Below are positions 25,557 through 37,279 of a stretch of DNA of 64,000 nt, in pieces (the stretch's first letter is position 1; each line of letters starts with the position of its first letter). The DNA is taken from NCBI GenBank assembly GCA_002104905.1, contig MCFE01000029.1, positions 124,001 to 188,000 on the forward strand, in the 5' to 3' direction. Origin of the DNA: Basidiobolus meristosporus CBS 931.73 (Eukaryota > Fungi > Basidiobolomycota). A model generated the notes under the pieces. That model was given only the letters and a program-made list of their open reading frames with translations, had not been told where the DNA came from and ran no database searches. The translations under genes and the position numbers were made by a program.

Positions 25557-26595
25557 GGTGGGCTTATATTAGAAGAGCGCAGTGCGACCCAACTCAAGAA
25601 TAACCACCTCATTGATTGGTATTATGACCATTTAGGAAGCCAATCCTCCCGTAATGTTCGATACCGATTTCTTTATTTGCATTTAAAGTCAACTGAACTC
25701 TATTCCTAAAGTAAGGTTCGGATAAATAGAGATTCGACGATTACCAAGAAATGCCTCCGATTGGTGTATCGGTGGCTTCTAGTGTACAACTTGAGATACT
25801 TGCAGGGTGAGAAGAGAAGAATGTCACCAAAATGGGAGGAGTTAGTTTCACGTCTACCGAGTTTATCGATGTTAGGACAACGCTCTGCAGGCAGTAATGA
25901 CCAAGAAATAGGATGTGTGAAATGGCTTACAGAAGAGGGTTTGCCATGAGAGTTTTGACAGGAACTGCGGTGAGATACGACTTATAGAAGCAGTAAGGTT
26001 TCGCTATATATCCAGTACCCGTTTGTCCTATTACCAAGAGAAGTATCATGCAGTATACACAACCCCTGGGGTGCTATGCATTAGCCGGATTTTTTTCTAA
26101 TGACATACGGAATACCTTTTTGGGTGGAGGTTAGCCTTGTCACGTGGCATCCCCCATAACAAGTATCAAATTACTCGCAAATCCCTGAGATGGAACATCA
26201 AATATTGTGTTTGGTGGAACACGAAAGCTCTGTACTTTTGATTTAACGTAATGGATCCTCGAGTTTTTGTGCGAAATAACACGCCGAATGCAATCCCCCT
26301 ACTACTCTATTCCAGTATTGCCCGAGCCATGGCGAAACGATCCACTCGCAAACATGCCTGGGCCTAGAAAGAGTTCGAAAATGAGCTCTGAGAGTTAAAG
26401 CTGTCTGTGATCAAGTGCGGGATCGACTACAAAGAGTTTTCCTTCGACCTATTAGGCGCTTGGCCGTAAGGGCTACGAGAACAGGTTTATTATATGCATG
26501 TATCTATACAAAACAATAAATCCCCTCTCATTTTGGATCCGGTATTAGTTTGCATATATTCATACAAAACAACGAATTTCCCCTCATCTTAGATC

Positions 26596-27723
26596 TCATA
26601 TTAACTCGGGGTCATTCTCGGGCTCGGAGGTCACTTCTACCTCGAACACGCTATCCTTTGCTGCATTCACCTTCTCGGCCAAAAATTGGTGAATACAGAT
26701 ATCATTGAAGATCGTGTTGGTGTCAAACTCTTCAGGAAATGGGGAGCACTTGATCAGGTCGAGGGCGTAAGAGACAGAGTTAGGGATATATAGAACGAGG
26801 TGTGAGTGGCTGCTATTGGACTATTAGAAAGGATATCTCTACAATGTGAGGAGCCTCACGGCGCAGCTTCAATGTGGGCTCACTAGTGGATTTCATCAAG
26901 CCCGTTAGCGTTGGAATACTGGCTACATGCACAGATGGAACACTTACTTTTCGTGGTACATCTCCAAGCGATTTCCGATTAGATATACATTGGTGATAGC
27001 TTTACGCGACCAGTTTGATGCCAATAGGTTGTTGTACAATGTCTTGCCACAGTGGGGCATGTAGAATAACGTTGGCCGGGACACGCTCCGCTTGGCTTGC
27101 TAGCGATGAATAGTTGAGCTTTGATAAAAAAAAATACCACAGCGACGTGTCTACCTCGTTGGTTTTAATTAGCTCAATATCGTAATGTTGAAGCACTCGG
27201 TGGTCGATTTCAGTTAGCACTGGATCATAGCTGTGCAGTTTACCCTTGAACTAATGTGATCTAATTTAGAGCGGTGCTAAGAATACACGCAATGCTAACG
27301 GAGTAGAAAGCTTACTTGCAGTAATTCTCGAAGCAACAGTACTAAGCCAAGTTGAAATTGGGAAGTACGAGATTGTTCAAAAGAGCCCACACCATAACAA
27401 ATGATATCCTCGAACTCAGGTAGTTGGGAGGTACCAATTATCTCTACGAAATGGGGCTGAGTCGAGTAGAATCGTGGCATACAAGCGCGCTCTCGAGATA
27501 CCTTTTAATTGGACGTAGAAGTCGCTGTGCTTCAAAGTGTCGCTTTTCGTGAAAGTTAGAAGGTCAGAATTGGTCCGGAAGTAAATTGCACCACTTACAT
27601 TTTGTCTTCGACATATGCTACCACCGTCTCGACAGATACCTTTGGAGTATCGTTGCGTTGCTTTCGTCTATTCCTAGACTTTCGGGTACTATATTTGAAC
27701 AGTGTGAATCCGTTCTCCTCCAT
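26596..27723 (-). CDS. SRR1-domain protein (SRRD/Ber1-like), ~6 exons, missed by ORF track
   Basis: Manual splicing gives MEENGFTLFKY..., DIICYGVGSF..SQFQLGLVLLL, YDPVLTEID, PTLFYMPHCGKTLYNNLLASNWS, LIGNRLEMY and PFPEEFDTNTIFNDICIH. These are typical SRR1 motifs. Confidence 0.85.
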
Positions 27724-27904
27724 TGTTGTATCGATTCGAGATACTGAATACCCATTCAAATAACTACATTTAAGCATAGTTTATGATTTTTTTTCATCAA
27801 CTTGGGTCTGGAAGAGCGTTTGATTTTTACAAACAGTCAGATGTGTCAAATTACTATTTATTAAGTTGATTGGATTGATCTGTACAAGAGGTTGCCCAAA
27901 AGGA

Positions 27905-29170
27905 CTAGGAAAGGTCACCGTATTTAGCCAGCATCAGGCTTAGTGCTTGTCGCGCAGCTTCATCATCTTCATCATCCTCCTCGTCTTCCTCCTCTGCATC
28001 TTCATCATCCTCTTCGTCCACATCCTCGTCCTCCTCATCGCCAGTTTCTAAAATCAATGTTAACAAAAGACATCGTGCTCATATAACATGGGGAACTTGC
28101 CTTCGGACTCTTCTAGTAATTGATCAACCATCGGCAGCGTCGATTCGTCGTAGTGGAGCCCAGGGGTTCCGGGAATTGACCGAATAGCTTCCTCTATCTC
28201 AACAAATGCCTGGTCTTGGTCTGTACCGCCAAGCTCCATATCGAGTCCCACCTTCCTAAGGATATCCTCAGTTTGCTTAGCGTCGAAGATGTCATCCATC
28301 ATGGTGTGACTTTCGTGCAGGTCTTCAAAGAGCCCGTCAGTATTCAGATCAAGATGGCCTTGGTCCTTGATCATGGATTCTAGTTGGCGGTTTTCGAGAA
28401 GCGAATCTACTTTGCTTTGACCCCCGTTATCCAATACGTCCATGTATTCAATCCCTTCCGAAGCGCTTGGGTGATCGAAGATGTGTTCGATGGCTGGGTG
28501 TTGACTTGCTTTCGAACTTTGGTGATTATCTAGGAACATTTCACCCGGATGATTGGATTCCATCAGCGTGCTATCAAGTGGATTTAGTGTAGAGCCATCC
28601 TCGCCAGAGAGCTTCGGGAAAAAACGTTAACCTCAGATCGTAGCCAAATGACTTGGAAATATTACCTGGTTTGTCCCTTCTGACAGCTCGGGGTCCTTGA
28701 GCATCATGGTCAAAACAGCTTCTTCTACCTACGATTCAGAGCAGAAACTTAACACTAGGTTAGAAATGGGCGTAGTCAGTTCTTCTCCGCACCTGCAGGC
28801 GCGACAGTTGATCGGTGATTTTTTGATGAAGTTCTTTTAAGAGTTGTGCTTCCTCAGTTAGTTCATCCTGCAGCACCCATCTCAAATCCCTACCAAAAAA
28901 GAACCCTTGCGCGACATTTAGTAACAACTCCCTTATGATTCTTGCAAATTGTTATGAAAATATCGCTGACTTCACTGTGTTTTCACGAGTTTCTAGAAAG
29001 GAGAGTTAGGTTGATGGAAGATCTTAGAAAACATATTTAGGGAGCCTTTACTCACCACTAGTTTTATTGGACAGAAGAGAGGCAGTATTAGAAAGCGGAT
29101 GTCTCCCATTGCTCTCTGGGCGTGGTCGTTTACGGTAGAGCGGTTTGGTCGCTAAAGGGCTGGGATTCAT
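27905..29170 (-). CDS. SNAPC5/SNAP19-like protein with acidic tail (6 predicted exons)
   Basis: Spliced segment LQDELTEEAQLLKELHQKITDQLSRLQVEEAVLTMML resembles metazoan SNAPC5 (ELRKEEETLLRLKAALHDQLNRLKVEELALQSMI). It also has a C-terminal E/D tract. Proposed introns: 28048-28100 (GC-AG), 28612-28665, 28729-28792, 28890-28970 and ~28993-29054. Confidence 0.6.
27951..28040. repeat. TCA/TCC trinucleotide-rich low-complexity tract encoding poly-E/D on the minus strand
   Basis: Imperfect (TCATCC/TCCTCG)n run; the minus-strand translation includes DEEDEDVDEEDDEDAEEEDEEDDEDDE. Confidence 0.85.
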
Positions 29171-29441
29171 CGCAGTGTGGTAAACATGAGCCCAGTAGGT
29201 AGGGAATATAAACGATTCTTAACCTAAAACCGGCATAAGATATACACGAATCTAAGCGACATGTGACTGTCGAATGCGATTTTTTTTCCACCACCAAACC
29301 GAACTTTTTTTTCTTTCTCTTCGACCGATGGTGTGGAGGATAGGAGATCAAGAAGAAAAGAAAAAAATCCCGTCCCTTCTACAATATCACTAAAAGCTTG
29401 GAGATTCCCTCTTTTTCCATACTGTACAGTTCGTAGACACA

Positions 29442-30113
29442 ATGGCCCGCCCACGTAAGAGAAAGACCCAGGCTAGCGGAAAGAAGCTAACACGCAAAAC
29501 CCAGAACAAGCACTTTAAGCGTGCTCCCCTAGTGAATAATAAAATCATTTCTGACAACTGGGATCGCAAGGCAACTCTACGCCAGAACTATCAACGCTTA
29601 GGTTTGATGACTACTTTAAATAAGGCCACTGGTGGTTTGGAACACAACGGAGAGGAGGAGGAAGAGCCCGAAGTGGATTTAGATAAGCTATCCCCCGAAG
29701 AAATTAGCCGTCACTTAGGCCCAGGTCAAGGTTTGATTGAGAGGGACGAAGAAGGCAACGTAATCAACATCATTGTGGGTAAGGATCCCAATGAATTTGA
29801 CTCCGATGAAGAGCTACCAAGCGTGCCCGCCAAAACCGATGTTGTCAGAGGTAAATAACTTCTTTTTTTCGCCCTCCCTTCTATTCAAAAAAACTAACCC
29901 ATTCGCTCAGCTTTGGAGGAGCAAGCAGCTAATGCAGTAAAGATCGAGCGCCATCAGTCTGAAGGCGAGATGCGTTGGGTCAGAGAGCTGATCGAGAAGC
30001 ACGGTGATGACTACTCAGCCATGTTCCGTGACCGTAAGCTTAATGTCAACCAACAGACTGTGTCCCAACTACGAAAGAAGTGCCAGAACTACCTCAAGAA
30101 GAACAAGCAATAA
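29442..30113 (+). CDS. NOP16: Nucleolar protein 16 (ribosome biogenesis)
   Basis: MARPRKRK..., NWDRKATLRQNYQRLGL and HQSEGEMRW..LIEKHGDDYSAMFRDRKLNVNQQT. One intron at ~29851-29910. Confidence 0.92.
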
Positions 30114-30288
30114 TTGTCATTTTAATCCCTGTATTTATTCTCCTCACTCAAAGGAATAAACTATTTTAGAGCAAGATTAAGAGTCAGTTGGATTTGTTGG
30201 TCATGGAAGTAAAAGTGAAGAGTGGACGAAGAAGGATGGAGCAAAACGGAGATGATTTTACATATACAACGGGGATTTTTGGTTGGAT

Positions 30289-31239
30289 TTAGCTAGGCCA
30301 TGTGGCAGCAAAGGTGAAGCTGAGCCCCAGGTGGCTGGAGGGGAAGACGTGTGGTTCATCGGCTAGAGGCTTGTCTCCTATCAGCTTGACCCTGACTGGC
30401 TCCCATTGGGCACCGTTGGTATGGTTGCAAATGTATACGCGGTCGTTTCTTGATCGGTTGGACGTGGGATAGTTGATGCCTGAGGTGTATCCGGCAACTG
30501 TCTCGACCTTGGGATATAAATGTGTCCAAGCGTCGATGAAATGAGCACTTTTTAGGATTTCGTCTTCGTTGGGCTCGGTGAAATTGAAATCGCCACAGAG
30601 TATAGAGGTCATGAAATTGTCCTTTTCGGATTCCGGTAGCAGCACTGATTTTATGGTCACCAGCTGCCGCTTTCTCATATGTACATTTTGGGCAGAGTCG
30701 TCCAAGTGCGAGGTGGCGATGCGCACCACCGACTGCTCGTTGATGTAGACGTCTGCATATAGCATTTTTCGTTGCTGCTTCGATGGTAGGTATGTCTCGT
30801 AAAAGGGGTGGAGGGGGAGTCGGGAGAGCATCAGGACGCCGTGAAGATTTTGGGGCTCGACATCGGACAGCATGTAGCTCTGTTGAATCCAGAGCTCCTT
30901 CTTGATTTGTTCTACAAATTCAAGGGTTGCTTCCTGAAGGCAGATTACATCGGCGTCTTCCTGGAGAAGCAGTTGTAATAACGACCGGACGCATGCGTCC
31001 GAAGAAGACTTATTTACATTGGACACGTTGTAACAGACTAGCTTGAACGTACCAAAAGCCACATCATCAAAGTTGGCATGTTTGGATGGTGGCGGAACAC
31101 CGATTTGGTCGCGATGCAAGGGCAGCCATTTCTTCAGCTCAGAGTTGAAATAGAAGGGGGTGATGGAGCTCTCAGGGGGGGCTTTCTGCTGAGGTTGAGC
31201 AAAGACAGAGAGAAGCGAGTTGACGGTGTAACAAAACAT
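30289..31239 (-). CDS. Endonuclease/exonuclease/phosphatase (EEP) protein, TDP2-like
   Basis: Motifs LVCYNV, DVICLQE, IATSHL, ILCGDFN, FIDAW, RNDRVY and PSSHLG. Intronless. Confidence 0.85.
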   Translation of the reverse strand: MFCYTVNSLLSVFAQPQQKAPPESSITPFYFNSELKKWLPLHRDQIGVPPPSKHANFDDVAFGTFKLVCYNVSNVNKSSSDACVRSLLQLLLQEDADVICLQEATLEFVEQIKKELWIQQSYMLSDVEPQNLHGVLMLSRLPLHPFYETYLPSKQQRKMLYADVYINEQSVVRIATSHLDDSAQNVHMRKRQLVTIKSVLLPESEKDNFMTSILCGDFNFTEPNEDEILKSAHFIDAWTHLYPKVETVAGYTSGINYPTSNRSRNDRVYICNHTNGAQWEPVRVKLIGDKPLADEPHVFPSSHLGLSFTFAATWPS

Positions 31240-32174
31240 CAGGAAGAAATCCGCACGGAGAGAAAATCGGGACTATGATTTGGGTTTGGACTTGCACTGG
31301 CACTACAAGAATAAGATCATGTGCGTGAGTACAGTTGGTAATGGAAGTCCAGTCTATTTATATCCTCGTGAGTGGGTCTCTGAATGCTTGGAATGTGAAG
31401 AATATGAATTTTACCAGCTCTCCATGTGCATAAATTTGTCAAGAAAAGAAACTTAACGTAGCTGGTGTTTCAATTTCACAATGAATGAATCCACCACTTA
31501 GCCTTAACAATCGTCGCCATGCAGGTGCCTGTCCTCTACTTATACATGATCTTCGCTGGATGGCAATTTTGGTGAAGACGGACATTTCTAATCCACTATT
31601 TTCCAATCTAATTTACTCCAATTTACTCTTTTACTAGTCAGTCTGTCAATTTTGTTTCTCCATACACTAGCAAGTCCATCAATTCTGGGTCGATGGTTTG
31701 TACTTCGAACTATGTCCAACGGTTCTGGATCGGTGGCTTAGAGTCTCCTTAGTCTTATGCACACTAGCTGAGGTTTACAATGCTTATTGGTTATATTTAA
31801 GCAGGTATATAATTGTGATTAGTTTTGATCAACCAAACTAAAGCATGTTGTTAATTATGATTAACTTCATAAGAATCTGCCTAAACTAGACACCCATTAC
31901 CTCTATTCCATCTTGACAACAATATTGCGATTAAATGATACCCGGGTCGTAAAAATCATCATATCTTACAAATAGCACCTCTCGTCCAAGTAGTCGCTCC
32001 TTCTTCTTAATCCCGTGCCGAGCGTATTGTACCTCGCCTGACGAGTTAAATCACTTTACGACACACGAACCAATTCCCAAGGTTTGTTTCTCCGATCGTC
32101 TTCATCGTTATCGATGGATGAATCTATTGTTGGCTTGGATATTTACTAACCTTTATGTACTGACAGAACCTAAA

Positions 32175-32501
32175 ATGCGTTATATTGCTGCCTACCTCCT
32201 CCTTACCCTCGGTGGTAACCAGACCCCTTCTGCTGCTGATGTTGAGAAGCTTCTCTCATCCGTTGGTATTGAGGCCGATTCTGAACGTCTCAACAAGTTG
32301 GTTTCCGAATTGGAAGGCAAGAACGTTGAGGAGCTTATCGCCGAAGGAAAGGAGAAGCTTGCCTCTGTTCCTTCCGGTGGTGCTGCTGCTGCCCCTGCTG
32401 GTGGTGCCGCTGCCGCCGCTACTGACGCTCCTGCCGTAGAAGCCAAGGAGGAAGCCAAGGAAGAGTCTGATGATGACATGGGCTTCGGTCTTTTCGATTA
32501 A
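32175..32501 (+). CDS. RPP2: 60S acidic ribosomal protein P2
   Basis: [15 protein letters not shown]...[13 protein letters not shown]. Likely 5'-UTR intron ~32083-32166 (branch TACTAAC, acceptor TGACAG). Confidence 0.97.
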   Translation: MRYIAAYLLLTLGGNQTPSAADVEKLLSSVGIEADSERLNKLVSELEGKNVEELIAEGKEKLASVPSGGAAAAPAGGAAAAATDAPAVEAKEEAKEESDDDMGFGLFD

Positions 32502-32639
32502 GCACTTAACGTAACTCATTTTTTGGAGTAGATGATTGTTCTTGTTTTACAAATAAATAGGGCATTCATGCATTCAACATGCTTTCGAAACAAGAGAATT
32601 TTGTTTATTGAGTGAATTTGGTTTGTGATTTGCTCATAG

Positions 32640-33881
32640 TTAGTTGACCTTTTCGAAATATTCGATGGAATTCTTGGGGTCAGCTTTGATGGTGGGTGAA
32701 CCCTTCTTCCAGTTGGCAGGGCATACTGTAGAAACGGATTATTATTATTTGGCAACTCGCCACATCTATGGGAAATTGTGTTTACCTTCACCATGGGTAT
32801 CAGTGAACTGGATAGCTTCAATGAGACGTAAAGTTTCGTCAACGCTGCGGCCGATAGGAAGATCGTTGACTTGCATAACTCTGACATTGCCCTTAGGATC
32901 GATGATGAAGAGACCACTACAAAACCAGCTCAAGTTAGCAACAGCAGGAGCGAGGTAATCTGATTGGGACCAACCGAAGAGCGACCCCCTTGTCTTCGAT
33001 CAAGACGTCATAATCGGCGGAGATCTTCTTGGTAATGTCGGAGACTAGGAAGACGCGTGAGCACATGAATATTGGCCGCACTTGATGACAATGGACTTAC
33101 TCAAAGGGATCCTAGCAATTATACAAGTTGAAGCATGTTTAGCGACACATCTACAGGTATCCCTTGTGAATAGCTAAATGTTTCGGACTTACTTGATATC
33201 ACCCAAACCACCCTTGTTTCTAGCAAGGTTACTGTTTAAAGAACACGACTGTTAGACTCTACTATACATTCTCCCAATCAAATAAAGCCGTCTCCTACCA
33301 CCAGGCAAGGTGTGAGAATTCACTGTCAGTGGAAACTCCTACAACCTCGACGCCAAGTTCTTGGAATTCCTTGATACGGTCACTGAAAAGGGCTACTTTA
33401 GCGAATGAAGGGAATCTTCTGGGGTTAACTTAGTTCTTACCTGAAAGCCAAGAGCTCGGTAGGGCAAACAAAGGTGAAGTCCAAGGGCTTGTGGCGATGA
33501 AGGAGAGTATATGAGTCCTCTTGATTAAAGGAAACTTCAAACTGCAGTACTTACATAGAACACCATAACAAGGAACTTGCCATTGTAATCCTCCAACTTC
33601 AGTTCCTTGAACTGACCTTCAACGACAGCTTGTGCTCTCCAGGAGGGGGCAGCTTGCTAAGAATATGTCACAACAAAATGTAAGTATGCGCAGCAACATT
33701 TGGTTTACGCTGTCGGTCAACAACCCACCTGGACTTTCACGTGCTGGAGAGCTGGGAAAGACGAGAAAGCTCTAACACCAGTGAAGACAGAAGGCTTGGC
33801 TACCAGGCGAGGGGTAGCTCTAGGGATAGTAGAGGCGAGAACTCTTTGAGTACGGGGGAGTAAGGAACGGATAGCTTGCAT
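32640..33881 (-). CDS. PRDX3: Typical 2-Cys peroxiredoxin (AhpC/TSA) with mitochondrial-type presequence, multi-exon
   Basis: Spliced [52 protein letters not shown] and [11 protein letters not shown]. The N-terminus [18 protein letters not shown]... is Arg/Ser/Ala-rich. Confidence 0.93.
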
Positions 33882-34094
33882 ATTAACCAATACAAATCAA
33901 GGCGAATTAGCAATGAAGAACAACGTTACCTTAAATGTCAAAAATTTTTGTCCCTTGGCTCAGCACAGGGATAAAGAATATGGGGAAGCTAGCGTCAGCA
34001 AAATGGCCACTTCCATGTATGGGCATGAAAGATTGTCACAATCAAAAGCGTGAGTTTTATTTGGTTTAAACGGAAGATGATCAATCAAAGTTGG

Positions 34095-34859
34095 TTACTT
34101 GGGGTTCTGAAAGGTTGTTTTCAGGACCCCTTCCAATATAAAAGCAGTCAACCCCCAGACATCCACGCCAAGCCCTTCGGGCCCTTTGAACAACGGTATG
34201 GAGAATGACATGCCACAAAATTTTTTGAGCGATCTTTGCAACGGATCGAAGAGTTGTTCCGGAGTTAAAGAAAACACTCCGGAGACCTCAGCAGGATTGT
34301 AAGCCACTTCTTGCGGGACAACCGACTTCTTGATGAACCCCAAAAAGGGATAAACTCTCGTGGTTAGTGTGCGGTTGGGAAGGGTGGTGTGTTGGCCAAG
34401 TACTTCAATGTCTTCCGTATGTATAGAAATTTCCTCTCGCGTTTCCCTGAGTGCAGCGGCAAGCAGCGTCTTATCTTTAGGATCCTTCCTTCCCCCGGGA
34501 AAACTATATTCTTACGAGTCAATGGATTGCTGACAAATTCGTGGTAGTAGATAACCTGGTTACTACCTTACTTCACCTCTATGCAGATTCATGTTATCAC
34601 TTCTTACGGTAAACAAAATGCTGGTTTTTCCTTCTACCATGTAAAAGGGAACTAGGGCAGCAACCTCCTTGAGTGTCTTACTTATGTCATACTTAAAGGT
34701 GTACGGCGGTGTGGCGGAAAGGCGATTCCTTAGGCGCTCTTTCATTGTCTCTAAGCTGGTAGTATCCAGCTTCAGTAAGCTAGTATCTACAGTCCACGAA
34801 TCTAACGACTTGGTTTGAGTGGAGAAAGGTTTCGTACGGTTAAGAAATACACTGATCAC
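34095..34859 (-). CDS. PCD1: Nudix hydrolase, CoA-pyrophosphatase (PCD1/NUDT7-8) type
   Basis: AALVPF..SILFTVRS..HRGEV, an intron at ~34507-34563, then SFPGGRKD..LLAAALRETREEI and DVWGLTAFIL. The exact start is uncertain. Confidence 0.85.
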
Positions 34860-35039
34860 TTTACATCTTTGCGACTAAGAGGTGTACTTCAAGAAATTCA
34901 TAGTATCTGTTTAAATCTAACAACACCAACATTTCCTGTATTAATCCAAGTAATAAAATAATCCATCGGATTACTTGATGTAAACTCTAAGGGAATTATC
35001 CACTCCTGTGATTTCGTACGTAATAGGCGAACATCAATT

Positions 35040-35790
35040 TCAAGTTGGTTTTGACCCCAAGTCACATCACCCAATATAGATCCAACATCAGATGAAGAGT
35101 ATCTAGATGCTCATATTCAGGTCATAAGTTTCTCAAAACCACACTTTGCGAAAGCCACTAACCGATTAGCTATCAATAGAATGCCCGCTATTTTGATATC
35201 AAGGCAATCAGGGACCACACCAACAGTCTTCCTCATATTTTGCCAAGCCCCGAGTTTTTCGCTCGCTCAGTTGGTAGACGCCGCTCCATAGCAATAGATT
35301 TCTTTGTGTCCTGCTGACGTATGGCTTATCATGCCAGGTGAATTGGGAATTTCGCAAGAGGACATGCTAGCTGTTTACGACACCACTGGGATATTCTCGT
35401 CTCCTAGGGTATACTGGACGTTCAGGGTAATTAAATTTCGCTGTATGCTCTATTGAGTTGATCAGATTCAATGGAGTGGAACCAGAGCCTCGTGCAGGCC
35501 TATTCAGCGGCCATATACCAAACTCCGCTAGCCTCCCATTCGCCGAAGTAATTGACCCAGATAAAAAGGTCATGCGTTCCCCGCAGGAGTTAGCCAGATT
35601 GCTCAAGGATCTTGGGATTGATGTCAACCAGAAAATCATAACATCCTGTGATACTTCGTCGTATCAATCCTGCTCATCTACCCTGCCTCTAATCTCGGAA
35701 TCACACAGGAAGTGGCGTGAGCGCTGCAGTCATTTACCTGGCCCTAGAGACTGTCGGAGCTAAAAACCTAGCGCTCTACGACGGTTACAA
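35040..35790 (+). pseudogene. TUM1: 3-mercaptopyruvate sulfurtransferase/rhodanese (TUM1/MPST-like) pseudogene
   Basis: Recognisable pieces: EEYLDAHI, ARYFDI..LPHILPSPEFF, LGISQED..VYD..FSSPRVYWTFR, RFNGVEPEPRAGLFSGHIPNS, TSC|GSGVSAAV and LALYDG. The region between TFR and RFNG (about 70 aa by comparison with family members) is missing, the donor after TSC reads AT instead of GT, and the C-terminus is truncated. Confidence 0.8.
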
Positions 35791-36040
35791 AATCTCCAAA
35801 TTGTAGTTTTTGTATCAACAGGCCTCTCTTTATCTCTAATGTGTTTATTGAGCTGAATGATATGACAGAGTGGAATAAACCAATGATTCTAGGTAAACAA
35901 AAGATGAACTATATATGAAGCCCCCAAGAAGATTGGAGTTTATGTACACATAGAAGCGTTTGCTGCGTCCAAAGCCTCATTCGGAGATGAAGGGCGGTGA
36001 GAATAAACTATAGAGGTGAATGCGTGGGGGAATATTAGGG

Positions 36041-37279
36041 CTACTTGTGAGTAGACACTAGATAGAATGTAATCTTGTCACATTCGTGCATTAAGGCACT
36101 CTGTAGCTCCTCTTCACTTGAGACGAAGAACGCCCTGTTCTCGGTGAGTCGATAAACAAGTGATTTCCCAATCAGATCGTCTGTCTGCTGGCCACATAGC
36201 CTGAATTTTAACAAAATCTTGTCGTATAAATCATCATAACTGATGGATCGATGGACTCGGAGAATAACGATGGTATCATCATTTAGGATGGCCTTCACCT
36301 TAATGAAAGTCAAAGAATCCACATCTAGATCTTCGGTAACAGCGGCAGCAGCCGACAGGGAATTGGTCGATGTAGCTTTACGCAAAGTACGAGGTCCGAG
36401 AGAGCGTTGTCCCCGTCCAATTGTTCCAGAACGACGGAGATTGCTGGATGTAGGGAATAGGATGGGCGACGCGGGTGTTGGCGTAGGGGAGGAAGCACAG
36501 GAAAATTCCCCCATTGGGGGAAGAATCGTTTGAACTAGAACTGGGTCCATGTAGCGCAAATTCCATGGAGCAACGATACCAGGCTTACTACTGCCATATT
36601 CATCATCATCATCGATATTAGGTGATTCAACTTTTGACCATGTTACGCGATCCTCACTCTCACCTAACATGGCACTTCGCGCGCGTCTAAGGATAGGCTT
36701 GATAACTGAAATGGTACTGTGCCTGGTGCTAAAACTATCGAGGAATGAGATTTCCTTCTCCGGCGAATTCATTTTAACTTCTGCTGTGGTTGATAGATCG
36801 ATTGCCGAATCGAATCGAGCGTCGTTTTCGTCCTCCACTTCAAAGTCAGGGTATCCAGTACCAAACTGTTTCCTCATGTGTTTGATGTCACTATCCCACA
36901 GTCCGAAGAACTCCAGCACCACTGGAGAAGTCAAGACCATGACCGGGTTTTGGAATAATTTTTTTACAAATTGATCAAGGCGGTCTCTTACCTTCTGTGG
37001 TGAAGGCGGGATCATTAAGAAGTTTCGTCTACGGAACTGGATGGTTGGGATTTCATGATCAGCCTGTCCAAGACGAAGAGAAAGCTCGGAGAAATCTTCT
37101 TGCGTGCGGTATATAACGTACGGTCTCTTTGTCCTGCTTCCAGCGTTGACAGTCTCGACGTCGAAGTCAGCAGGGATCACATGGACGGTGAACCAGTGCT
37201 TTCTATCGCTTCTCTTCTCAAAACCACCAATGGTAACTGCCGAGATAACCGGTGCTAATTTGACACTGGAACCAAGCAT
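36041..37279 (-). CDS. PX + PB1 domain scaffold (Bem1/Scd2- or p40phox-like, no SH3)
   Basis: N-terminal PX (HWFTVHV..YVIYRTQEDFSELSLRL..VLEFFGLW). C-terminal PB1 (FIKVKAIL..SISYDDLYDKI..YRLTENRAFFVSSEEELQSAL). Intronless 412 aa. Confidence 0.8.
   Translation of the reverse strand: MLGSSVKLAPVISAVTIGGFEKRSDRKHWFTVHVIPADFDVETVNAGSRTKRPYVIYRTQEDFSELSLRLGQADHEIPTIQFRRRNFLMIPPSPQKVRDRLDQFVKKLFQNPVMVLTSPVVLEFFGLWDSDIKHMRKQFGTGYPDFEVEDENDARFDSAIDLSTTAEVKMNSPEKEISFLDSFSTRHSTISVIKPILRRARSAMLGESEDRVTWSKVESPNIDDDDEYGSSKPGIVAPWNLRYMDPVLVQTILPPMGEFSCASSPTPTPASPILFPTSSNLRRSGTIGRGQRSLGPRTLRKATSTNSLSAAAAVTEDLDVDSLTFIKVKAILNDDTIVILRVHRSISYDDLYDKILLKFRLCGQQTDDLIGKSLVYRLTENRAFFVSSEEELQSALMHECDKITFYLVSTHK

Noticed and set aside
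25760-26490. Protein-like fragments (KEFENEL*ELKLSVIKCGIDY...) on the plus strand
   Set aside because: No family could be assigned, so support is insufficient.
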